In this document: piece after piece, positions 13,441 to 25,620 of the stretch
Numbering within the stretch: the first letter of the stretch is position 1
How the letters are laid out: each line of letters begins with the position of its first letter
NCBI GenBank assembly: GCA_051453625.1
Contig: JBOZIK010000001.1
Coordinates: forward strand, 27,270,908-27,328,282
Direction of reading: 5' to 3'
Source: Welwitschia mirabilis
Taxonomy: Eukaryota
DNA length: 57,375 nucleotides
Translations under genes and position numbers: made by a program
The notes under the pieces: generated by a model
What the model saw: only the letters and a program-made list of their open reading frames with translations
Database searches by the model: none
What the model was told of the DNA's origin: nothing

Positions 13441-15432
13441 TGTTAGATTATATTTTATCAATTAATGTTAAACTAATATCTCTTGTATAACAAATGTTGT
13501 ATATTTTGTGTAGAAGAGTTTGAGCTTTTTTAGGTTGAAAGATGGAACTAAAATATATACCAGAGATCTACTTTGTTGATTCACCCTCTAAAGGGGTTGA
13601 CTAGATCCTAAAGGAGTCGACTGCATCTAAAGTTGTTAAAGAAAAATGGACTGCATCCAAAGGGGTTGACCAGATCTTAATGGGATTGACTAAACCTATA
13701 ACTTAGAGAACCAATATCCCTAAACTGAATGGTAAAGGATCGACTAGATTTTCATGAGTTTGACTAGATTTGAGGACCTAACAGACAGTATTCACAGACT
13801 GAGAGAAAAGGGGTCGACTGCACCTAGGATGGGGTCGATCGGATTAGGGTTGATTTAGACCTAGATGAAGTTAACCAAACATGGAGAAATAAAAACCTAG
13901 GGCTATTGATTTCTTCTCTTGAGTAATCTATGTAATCCACGGCATCACATGGAGTTGACTAAATTTTTTTAGAGTCAACTAGATGGCACGAAAAGGAAAT
14001 TTTTTTAAACATTATGTATCCATTACCTAGCCATTATGTAGCTATTTTCTAGCTATTTATAGCTGTTAGAGGCACAATTCAAATGTAATAAACCCTAATA
14101 GCCTTCTATTATAAATAGATAAGCCATATATAATCATAGATCTTTTTGGANNNNNNNNNNNNNNNNNNNNNNNNNNNNNNNNNNNNNNNNNNNNNNNNNN
14201 NNNNNNNNNNNNNNNNNNNNNNNNNNNNNNNNNNNNNNNNNNNNNNNNNNNNNNNNNNNNNNNNNNNNNNNNNNNNNNNNNNNNNNNNNNNNNNNNNNNN
14301 NNNNNNNNNNNNNNNNNNNNNNNNNNNNNNNNNNNNNNNNNNNNNNNNNNNNNNNNNNNNNNNNNNNNNNNNNNNNNNNNNNNNNNNNNNNNNNNNNNNN
14401 NNNNNNNNNNNNNNNNNNNNNNNNNNNNNNNNNNNNNNNNNNNNNNNNNNNNNNNNNNNNNNNNNNNNNNNNNNNNNNNNNNNNNNNNNNNNNNNNNNNN
14501 NNNNNNNNNNNNNNNNNNNNNNNNNNNNNNNNNNNNNNNNNNNNNNNNNNNNNNNNNNNNNNNNNNNNNNNNNNNNNNNNNNNNNNNNNNNNNNNNNNNN
14601 NNNNNNNNNNNNNNNNNNNNNNNNNNNNNNNNNNNNNNNNNNNNNNNNNNNNNNNNNNNNNNNNNNNNNNNNNNNNNNNNNNNNNNNNNNNNNNNNNNNN
14701 NNNNNNNNNNNNNNNNNNNNNNNNNNNNNNNNNNNNNNNNNNNNNNNNNNNNNNNNNNNNNNNNNNNNNNNNNNNNNNNNNNNNNNNNNNNNNNNNNNNN
14801 NNNNNNNNNNNNNNNNNNNNNNNNNNNNNNNNNNACATTTGGCTAAATCATTTAAATCTGAAAGATCAAGTTGTGCTCTAACATTATTGTATCTTGGCTT
14901 ATTCACATCTGACTAGAGAAGAGATATCATTAGTACATGTACTACATTCAAAGTTAAATCTAGAGCTACATTATTATATTTCTATAGAAGGAGAGCTCTA
15001 CTTATTGTAGTGTTTTAGAATGAGTGATATTTGTGCTATTAAGACATCACCACATTAATATTTTCATTTGGTATAGGTTGAGACTAAGCCTTGAAAATTT
15101 CATGGTAAAGGTTTGAAATNNNNNNNNNNTACAAGAGAACCTTGAATACCTAGTGGAGTAATAGAGGTCTAAGATCCATCTTAAGAGAAGCTGATCATTG
15201 AAAGTGAAGTAGGGAAGTTCTTGAACCACTATAAACCTGAATTGCATCAAATTGATAGTTTTTGTATTTTGTTTTTGATTCTTTACTTTTAGTATCTTAT
15301 CATATTGTGCACATCCTAGATAGACTTATTTTCATATGCAAGTTGTGTTTCAAATAGATTTATTTTAAAGTATTTATTAAGTTTTGGAAAGAACCTATTC
15401 AACACCCCTCTAGGATTTTTGATCCTATTACA
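13441..15432 (+). repeat. 3' LTR of the Sirevirus-like element, with a GTCGAC repeat array and TATA box
   Basis: TG...CA termini; about 12 GGGGTCGACYRGATC-like motifs at 13590-13985; TATAAATAG at ~14110; gap 14151-14834. Confidence 0.8.
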
Positions 15433-15839
15433 TAGTGGTTTACTTATAGAGTTTTTTTTATAGCAAATTCTTAAATCATCTAAAGAAAAAAATTTTATAT
15501 TTACTCTTGTACTTTACCCCTTATAGAAAATTTGAATGAACTTTTCATGCATCATTCTATGACATTACTAATACTTAAGTTTTACACATCAATTTTAGCA
15601 TTACTTTCTAAATTTATACATACACATTATCATTTTGTGAACTATCATTCTTACATTCTATGATTTGTTTATGTGTATGAAATTCATTTAGTATATTGTG
15701 ATGTGTTTAAATAGGGGCTTATGAATACATCAGTAATTATGTTAGTTGATGGATTTTTATTATCTATTCTTACATATTAAAATTAAACTCAAATTCCATT
15801 TTTTCTAGTTGATGATTATCTTAGTCAAATTATCTTCCA

Positions 15840-16261
15840 ATATAGTTGATCACCCATCTTTTTAGGGACTAACAAGAGGGGCCTACATTACAATGCCAAC
15901 TTGTAGGAATTAGATGATGTATTTGGAGTAATTTTATAGGACATTTATACAGTTTTGGATGTAATTCTAATGATTATGAAGAGTCAAATGGATGATCATA
16001 GAAACACATAATTCTTGACATAATTGGAGGTATTTCAGGCATGTTCTAGTACTTAGTATATTAGAAGAAGATTAATGATGAAAAAGGATAATTTACTTTA
16101 CTTGAGGAGATTTAGAAGGGTGTTGTTTCCACTATCATCCCCATGACATATGGGATGATAGAACTATATCAACCTATTATAATACTGATTTGAATTAGAG
16201 TTTAGAGTTAACAAAGCATATTTTTAGGGTAGGTGTCATCCCCATTATCATCTCCATGACA
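15840..16261 (+). repeat. Extra PPT plus partial Athila LTR copy abutting a 100-N gap
   Basis: AAGAGGGGC followed by sequence homologous to 16428-16800 but visibly diverged from it. Confidence 0.75.
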
Positions 16262-16427
16262 NNNNNNNNNNNNNNNNNNNNNNNNNNNNNNNNNNNNNNN
16301 NNNNNNNNNNNNNNNNNNNNNNNNNNNNNNNNNNNNNNNNNNNNNNNNNNNNNNNNNNNNNCAAATTAGCTCATAATATAGTTGATTTCTTACTTTGTTA
16401 GAAACTAATAAGGCTAAGTAGGGGGCT

Positions 16428-17769
16428 ATATTAGGATGCTAATTTATAGGAATTTGATGATGTATTTAGAGTACTTTTATGGGATATTTATATAAGTTTA
16501 GATGCGATTTTGATGCTTATGAAGAGTTGATGCAATGATCACAGAAACATGTAATTCTTGGCATAATTGAAAGTATTTTAGGCATGTTCTAGTACTTAGT
16601 ATATTAGGAAAAGATTAATTATAAAGCATGATAATTTACAACACCTAAGAAGCTTTGGAAGGATGTCATCCCCATCATCATCCCCATGGTAGAGGGGATG
16701 AAATCATTGTATTGGCCTATTATGATATTAATTTCAACTCAAGCTTGGAGTTAACAAAACATATTTTCTAAGGAGGTATTATCTCCATTGTCATCTCCAT
16801 GATATGAGGGACGATGACACATTTGGAAGCTAATTGTGTGGTCAATTGCAGATCTAGAAGTTAATTAATTATGTATTATAAAAAGGCATCATTCCATTGT
16901 CATCCCCATGATAATTAGGATGACAAGTGTTTTATATAAGTTGTATTGAATTATCTTGCATACATTTCACTTGGGCTACTATGGTTTCTTATCCAACTTC
17001 TAGGGTTATGGTTCTAGAAATTTCAATATAAAACTATAAATACCTCCCATGTCCATACTTTTAAACCATCCTTTGTACCAAATTTGCTTGTGACAAAAGA
17101 TTAAAGGAGAAGAGATCCATCTAGTAGCTATAAAAAGGAGTTTCCTTAGTGTAAGATTGAGTCTCTTACATTAAGGTATTACTATTTTTTTGTAAGTGCA
17201 TGTAAAGCTCTTTGAAATCAATACAATTACTCTTTTCATTCCAATTTTGTTTATGTCCCTTATGGTTTAAGTTAGTTATAGTTAAGTGATAATTTTGTAC
17301 TTTATTTAGATCATAAGGGCAACCTTTGTTAAGGTTAATATTGGTTAGTATTAGATTACATCATTATTCCATTTTCATTTCATATTGCATTCCTTATTCT
17401 ACTTGGTATATCTCATAGTTCATATTGATTAGGAACAATGTAAGTGCTCTTGTTAATTGATCTAAATTATAGAGAGCTAGTTCTTGTGATAGAAGAATTA
17501 GGAATCAATATAATTTGTTTTATTTATATTTGCATTTTATATCCATTTACATTGAATTACATTTACTTTATTTTATTTTAGTTATTAAAAGATAAAAAAT
17601 TAAAATAAATCATTGGAAATCAATTCTCTAACTCTGAGCTTAGTTCCTTTTTTAGGATTACGACATTCAAGTAAACTCCCATCTATACTAGCATGTATTT
17701 TTCTGTAAGTTATTTGATTTACAAGTTTACCTAAAGGACTTTAAGGTCACATAAATTCACATCATAACA
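16428..17769 (+). repeat. Athila 3' LTR
   Basis: Preceded by AGGCTAAGTAGGGGGC, homologous to 4166-5435, and followed by the TSD rather than a PBS. Confidence 0.85.
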
Positions 17770-18115
17770 TTGACAATTTTGAGATTTATGCATTTATTCT
17801 TTTGATGCATGTCTTGGATGAATTAAAGATACATATGAATCTATGAATAATTAAAAAGATCTTGCATGATAAAATGATGCATTTAATTAATCTTTTTAAT
17901 TAAACCAAAAAGATTACTCACCCTAGTTAGGTGCATGAGTCACAAATATGATCTCTTTTGTACTCCAATATTATTTATTCTAGTTATCAATGATAAATCA
18001 TGTGATTTTATAATCTTTAGTTATGTGCCTTTGTTTATCTATATGTAGAGGTCCTTTCATCTCTTGTAAAGGGGAGATACTTTTCTTTTATTTCATACAA
18101 GTGCATTTCTTCTTT

Positions 18116-18160
<45 letters not shown>
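18116..18160 (+). repeat. (CT)n(AT)n compound microsatellite inside the Tekay LTR
   Basis: Read directly from the sequence. Confidence 0.95.
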
Positions 18161-20624
18161 GTCTCCCTTGCATTCTTTCTCTTATTTGAAGCTTGAAAAC
18201 AAGGAATGCATAAGATTGGATCTTCATAAATCTTTAATTATCAAGGTCTTACTAATCTTCCCAAGTAAGCTCTTTACTCTTATTATCTATATGATACCTT
18301 TTCTCTATTGGAATGATGTGATATTGCATTAGGATACTATTTATGGATTTTATGCAATTATGTTATAAAATATTATTTTCTTCCATTATCTCTTTCTAAG
18401 ATGTTATAGTGAGATATGAGGAGTCTATTGTGCTTGATGATAGAGGATTACTAATGGATGATTATGGCCGAGGGACTAGGTGATTTATTATGAAGGAAAA
18501 AAATTAAATTTAAGTACCTATGTTTATTTAATATTNNNNNNNNNNNNNNNNNNNNNNNNNNNNNNNNNNNNNNNNNNNNNNNNNNNNNNNNNNNNNNNNN
18601 NNNNNNNNNNNNNNTATTCCTTCATGGAAATCCTAAGGCTCATAGTAAATGGTCTTTTTTAAAATTAATCTAATTTTTCTTTTTAAAATGATTTGAATTA
18701 ATAACTTAGTTATGATATTATATAATTAATTAGTTAGTGTATCCATTATTTTATTGATCTAAGTTATTACTTAACTAGTTGTAGAAACTTTATTGTATTT
18801 TTGTTATAATGAAAATTAAGTTTCTAAAATAGAGGCATAAAATAAAAATACTATATCTTTTTAATTATTAGGTATAAATTAGTGAAATTGAAATTTTTTC
18901 GTAAGTCTTAAATCATATTATGAATGTGAAAATTAAAAAAAGTAATTTTTATAATGGATAATTATATTAAAAATTTTATTTTTCAAAGTATGTTAGAAAA
19001 TAAATGCAGAAAATAATAAGTGAATAATTTACATTTTTCTACCTATCTATTAAAATATCTATAAAATTAAGCATTTTAAATTGTAGTAACTCAAATGATA
19101 TTTTTAAAACATATTAGATCATTTAAAAATGCAAACTATTTTAAAAGTTATAATCATTTTAGTTAAGTGTGGTAGGACTGTATTTTTGGAAAATTTAATA
19201 GTTTTTAACCTTACATGATAACCTTAAAAATAATATTTTTAGAGTTCCAAGATAGTTTAAGTTAGACCTTAAGAATCCTATTATTGTATAGAGTTTAAAA
19301 GGACTACTATAATTTATTTTTTCCTTCATAATTAATTAGTTATTAATTTTTAACTATAATATATCCTTAGATCCTAAAAATTATAATTACCTATAAGTAG
19401 CATTTGTTTATAGAAATACCTCTTTTACCATTTTTTTAAAGCTTACTTTGAATGTGCATACTTGTAAGAGTTTTCATCTTATTAGTTCAAGCAACATAAG
19501 AAGACTCTAGCTTATCGTCTTTTTAACCAACTTATAATATAACTATATGAATACTAGATAAAGATTTATATCTTAACAATTATGTTTTAGCTATACTTTC
19601 ATTATTTACCTTCTTTACACCAATCCATGGAGATTGTCATATGAGCATGAAAGAATGTTTCTATGATTACCATAGCTCTAGGTATGTTTTAATTTCTTTA
19701 TGTACATTATTAAGATGTTATTTAATACATTTTGAATATTCTTATTAATATTAAAAGGAAAAAAAATTTTCTTTATCTAGATTTTTATTATTATAATATT
19801 GAAAGAGAAATGTTCTAATATGCATGCTTTATTTTATAGTTGTTTAAATAAAATGAACCAAATGATAATTAGAATTATTATAACTAGGTAAATAATTCAT
19901 TAAATATTCAAATTAGTTAGAATTATTTGCATGCATTTGTATGGCATATTCATCGAACAAAGCTAAATCAAGATAATTCTAATAATGTTCATCGCCACTT
20001 CACATACAACCTGCCTTACCCATGTATGAACTTACTCTAACTTAATATCTCATGCCTTTTGTGTTAATGGATCATGTTATTGAGAGACACTTCAAGGAAT
20101 TTAGGGTTATTTGTAAGAATTTAACCACCTTACATACCATTTTTCCATTATACTGGGGGTGTATTGAGGTGAAGAAAAAGCCTATAAAGTTGATCCTAGC
20201 CATGTTTTTATACTTTAAAACCTAAAGTAGAATTAACTCATATTTAGAGCATGGCTAGATATCAAATTATAATGACATTAATTAGAGTTGTAACCTCCTA
20301 TTATATTAGTTATGTATTATCCTTAAAACTTAGCCATGTATGTCAACAAGAAGTTTACATTTTTTCAAGTATTCATAAGTTATCTTTTATGTGACAAATA
20401 ACTAGGAAGAAATGTAGAACACAAACTTATGATGTCACTATTATTTGTAAAACAAAATAATTTAAATATTAATTATAGGTAAATATATAGTATTAATATG
20501 ATTTTTATTTCTTAAAACATAGAAATTCTAATAAAGAAATAAATAAAATTTGGTCCTAGGTTCCACTGTATCTATTAGGTAAACAGTTCTTAATTAGGAT
20601 ACGAGAAGAAAGGGTGTTACAAAT

Positions 20625-20636
20625 TGGTATCAATGC
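20625..20636 (+). promoter_or_regulatory. PBS (tRNA-iMet) of the Tekay-like element
   Basis: TGGTATCAATGC, 3 nt after the LTR end GTGTTACA. Confidence 0.8.
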
Positions 20637-21819
20637 TCTAGGTTAACTTAAATAATACTTATGTTAAGAACTTATAAATTTATCAAAATGTAAATCCAAT
20701 TACATTTTTAACAATCATTTTTTCTTAATAATCATGAAGTTAGTTGTAATAATAACAAATTTAATTCCTAATAGCTATAAAGTTGGTTATATCCCTGATA
20801 ATTGTAAACCATGAGTAAAATTAATTATATCCTTGATTATATTAAATTTTAAGATAATATTAATTCCTAGATAAGCATGAATTTCATTATATCTTCTACT
20901 AATAATGATATCTATTATACCTATAATTTTCCTACTCTCTAAATATATACCAAATTACATTTTTAATAATTCCAATAATTATAAAGATTACACTATCATA
21001 ATCTTAGCACCTTAATTATCCTAAAATTTAATTATATTTGTGATAGTTCCCAAGTATTCATAAGGTTAACTATAATCTCAACCCCTAGATGATTATTATA
21101 CTAATCATATTTATAATAATTCTAAATTCCTAAAAAAACTAAAAAGAATGATGAATTCAAGTCATTAAATACTCTATTACCTTATAGTTAAAGATGATAA
21201 ATCACTTAAAATAATTCCAATTATCTAAAGAATTTAATACCAAAACCTTATATGATTCCTTAAATAACTTAACCTTGCAAAAAAATATAAATTTATAAAT
21301 AATAACTTATAATTAGATACCCTTAGAAATAATCAAATCTTCAACCACATTAACTATAAATTGAAAATCCATATTCATAACTTATAAACTTTATCTAAAA
21401 AAATAAAGAAAAGGTATAAACTTGATTATGTACTTTAAGATATAAATAAGGACTCATCATATCATAATGATAATCATATATTCCTAAGATTATAAAAATA
21501 GTTATAAGTTTTACCTTTAAAAATATCTATCCTATTTCCAAATATAATCTCATGAAAACTTCTCCTTTGTTTAAATGTCTCATTGTTGTCTATTAAATCT
21601 TGAGGCTAGATCAATTTCACCAAGTAATCAACATCAAGAGAATATGCAAAAGCATAAACAATTTAATAATAAAAGTCAAATTCCATTCAACCTTAATCCA
21701 GAATCATTGATGAATACTTTCATGTCATTTCTATTATAGATAGTAAATCAAGATAAAAAAAACTCCAAGTAAATAATGGTATCAATTAATATAATGGAAT
21801 GGGTATGAGAAAATTAATT

Positions 21820-22420
21820 TAAATTTTTACTAAGTTAAACACATAAAAGTCTGTAAGAGGTTTAGGTCCTTCCAAAGTAGAAGTGTGGCTAGGTGATAGG
21901 TTGTGATGAATATAAAAAGGATTCCTTACCTATTTATATGTTACAAGGATAATATAATTTGTTATTAAAGAAAAAATGAGAAATTTAAAAGATATAGAAC
22001 TTTTATAAATGGAATTTAAGCACATCTTTAAGGAGAGGTACATCATCAATCTGTATATATGTTAGACAATTACATAATTGTATAATGTAGGAAAAGCCCA
22101 TAATGTGACTATAATGTCTCATGGGTGCAAATTTGCAGAATTATTAAGGTATGCATCACATATGCATCTAAATGAAGAAGCATAAGAAAATTGATTTATT
22201 AATAGTCTTCTTTCTTCTATCATCAAAGTATCCCCATTTGAACCTAAGAGTCTAGCAAAGGATATAGAAAAGGCAAAGATAGTAGAACCAAACTATATTT
22301 TATCTATAAGTGGGAGATATTTGTAGATACAATTAATTATTATTTACTTAGAAAAATACAATATTATTTTAGATATGAATTGGTTAACATAAAATAGATT
22401 ATAATAAATTATCAAAAGTT
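21820..22420 (+). pseudogene. Ty3/gypsy gag plus aspartic protease remnant
   Basis: GPSKVEVWL, FKERY and KFAELLRYA (gag); GRYL*IQLIIIYLEKYNIILDMNWL resembles the protease motif YDVILGMDWL. Confidence 0.75.
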
Positions 22421-22973
22421 AATACCCAAATCTTTTTTAATCTTATAATATGTAGTTAGTTATTCTTAAGCTCTTTATGTATCTTGATTTCCAAGAGTAA
22501 AATAGTATAAATGGAGAATAATATTATATTCCATATTTTATAAACCTTATTTAATATTAAGTATATGAAGTTTTCAACCAAATGATTAATTATCCTTGTT
22601 TAAGTTCCTTATCAAATAATATGTCATTTTAAATTAACCTTAGTTTAAGCTTTCATAATTCACCATGAAAATAAAAAAAAATATGTTAAAAAGTTTTATG
22701 AGGAAAGCTATCCAAACATTTAAAATTAGATAATTTCATAATTTAAATAATTAAAATTACATAAATTGAAAATTGTAAAAGGACATAATAATATATTTTT
22801 GCATCTTATTTACTCATCTAAATTCTTAATAAATGTGATATATGTACTATATTATGAATAAATATTTTCTTCCTTATGTTATGTAATTGATAAATTTTAT
22901 GTATTTTAAAATGAATGAGAATTTAAACAAGCACATGCTTTTTTACCTAGAACCAAGATTTATAAATGAGTAT

Positions 22974-25620
22974 TGAATTAAATTAGAAAATTTTCATTAA
23001 TGGAGGAAAATTATAGAATAAATTCTTACATAAGAGAAAAAAAGCAAGACCCATCCTAATCCCTAGCAAGTAGCTAAAATAGGGGAGGAAAAAACCTAAA
23101 TTAGTAGCAATGACTGCCTAGGAAGAACAAATCTTTATATTATCTTGACTAAGAAAATAGTGCTCTAATTGCCTTCTCCTAGAAATGTGGGAGGTAAATT
23201 ATATGAGAACAGAATATTAGGCTTCAAGGAAATAGACCCTAAATTGAGAATCACTTTAAAACTGGGCCAGAAGATTAGAAGAAACAAAATAGATTTTTTT
23301 AGACTTGGGAGATGAGAATCTTTCTCCATGATCTTAAAGTCCCCTTCAGTGCCCCTTCTGCTCTCCTACAACTCTAGTCCTTAGGTAGAATTATTTTCTG
23401 CTCAATAGAAATTTGTGCTATGAGGGTCGACTTGGGGATACTTTAGTATGAATCCTGAAGGGGATTCCTTAGGAGATTTAGAACTTCTAATTTATATATT
23501 TTTTCATTTTTTTGAATTAAAATTGGAACTTTTATTACTTAATGGCATTGGATAATAGGCCTTTATAACAAAATAGTGCAGATCTAGAAGAAGCTAGGAA
23601 CTTTAAAGAAAAGAAACCAAGCATGGCTAATCAACCATGCACTAAAGATAGTCGTTGCAACTACCTTTGTATAATTTGAGATATGTTCTAAATTTAATAA
23701 CCATGAATGATTCATTTCATGTAGATGAAGGCTATAATCCTTATAACTGAGAATACTAAGAGGCTTTATGACTTGTGCAAAGAAAGGAAGTAGAAGATGA
23801 ATCCATTAAGAATAATTTTCTATCCTATGTAAAAAACTTCACAAACCCCTACCATTCACATAGATTAGCCATTTAAATGTCATCTGTTATATTAGGGCCT
23901 AGAACAATAGACTACTCTGTTAATAGTGATTTCTTATAATTCTAGAATGATTTTGACATCGATTACAAGCAAGCCTATAAGAACCTTTTTGTCTGTGATG
24001 CTCATCTGATAACCATTCTAAAGGGGAGCTACATCTCTTCTTAAAGGAAATGTTGAGTGCTAAGAAGGAGGACACAAGTAGCTTAATGAATCTAGCATAG
24101 CCTTATGTTAGGCCTAAGAAGAAAAATAAAGTTAACAAAGATAGGGTTTAGATCAATTAATTTTTATTACCCATGAATTAAGGGGAGATGTCCAACATTT
24201 GATACCATCTACAATTCTACTAGGTGTCCTTTAACTTCCGAATAGAACTAAGATTGAATTTTAACTATCATTGAATTTTATTAATTATTATTTAAGCTAT
24301 AAGTCTTTTTTTTGAAGACCTTTGCATTTTTACTTTCTAGATGAAATAGATATGGGTTGAGATCAAAGATTTAATGGTGTATTGCTAAGTGAATTAGGAT
24401 CTAAATCTATGTTTTATCCAATTCATTAAGACTATCTAGTTATTTAAAGGAGGTTGAAGATGAACTATTTTTAGAACTTCTCTAAGAAAACTAAAAGATG
24501 AAGGCATTAAAAAAACATATGATCTCTTATTTCATCAACCTTCCCACAAAAATCACTTATGGATTCAGTTGAGATTTCAAATTTAATTAATATTTCTTTT
24601 ATAGAGAGCCTATTGTTGTAGGTAAACCAAGAGATGAAGGAGTGTTTAGAAGTGAAATACCTATTTCAAACTATGGAGCATTAATCTACCTTGGACGTTT
24701 GACCACACAGCTGTGTATATGAGGAAGAAGTGGAGAAAGGGGCACCAACAAATTTCCAAAGTAAAGGTTCTATTATAGAGTGAATACATGTTCTTACTTG
24801 ACATCTGAGCTTCATCACTTTTCTAATGACTCAGGAAGTTCTCTGATTTACCTAAAATTACCACATGTTTGAATGTTTAAAGTAGTATTCATGATACCAT
24901 TTGTTTCACAAATTTTCTTTTTTGTGTACTAAATCCCATAATTGTATCAAAATTAGTGCATTATTCATCACTATGGAGTTGATTAGGCCTAGCCCCCATA
25001 TTGATTTTGGTTTTATGAAGATATGCCAAGCCATTAAGGCCTTCCTAGTTTGTTTATTAGATCCTATTCAAAGGACTTTCTTGCATAAAGAGTAATTTAT
25101 TTGATTATTTTTTTAGGAAGAATAATACTCCTACATTAGGAAGAGGTTAGGCTTTGGAAAATATCCTTTACTAACACAAGTCTACCTGCATAAGATAGAA
25201 ATTTGGTGGTCCAAAATATGATCTTTCTATTATCCTCAAAATGATAGGAAGACAGTCTAAAATGGATATCTTTTTGGAGTTGAGAGGCATTCCAAGATAT
25301 TTTACTAGAAGGATACCTTCTAAATACTTAGGATTTGGAGGAAATAGTTATTTTAACCTTCAAAAAAACCTCTAAAAATGGCTTGAATTTTGGTAAGGTT
25401 TACTTTAAGTTCTAAGACCTCTGAAATGTATATCAAAGTTATATTTAGCCTTCTGATTAAAGTGTTGTCTACTCTACAAAATAAGAAAGATCATCTACAT
25501 AACAAAGTGTGAAATTTTCAGCCTTTGACACTTGGGATGATAGTAGAACTAGTGTTTTCAGCCATTTCTTGAAGCATCTAGAAAGTATTCCATAACCAGA
25601 AGAAGATGACACTTGATTCA
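22974..25620. mobile_element. 2.6-kb insertion of unknown class within the Tekay 3' LTR
   Basis: Absent from the 5' LTR; starts TGAATTAA and ends TTGATTCA; flanked by GAGTAT on both sides (22968-22973, 25621-25626); minus-strand PBS-like TTTGATACCA at 24198-24207. Confidence 0.6.

Larger units (their letters stand above)
9158..15432 (+). mobile_element. Sirevirus (SIRE/Maximus)-like Ty1/copia element; 5' end lost in a gap; lacks IN/RT/RH
   Basis: Zinc knuckle, Copia protease motif, extra ORF, several upstream PPT-like motifs (12727, 13149, 13211), terminal PPT CAAAGGAGGAGAT then TGTTAG at 13441, and LTR end CCTATTCAACACCCCTCTAGG...TTACA at 15432. Confidence 0.8.
4166..17769 (+). mobile_element. 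Athila-type Ty3/gypsy element, degenerate, inserted in the Tekay 5' LTR
   Basis: LTRs 4166-5435 and ~16428-17769, both ending CATCATAACA; PBS-Asp-like motif after the 5' LTR; PPT AAGTAGGGGGC before the 3' LTR; TSD ATGAC (4161-4165) / TTGAC (17770-17774); single ATGAC at the empty site 25676-25680. Confidence 0.85.
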
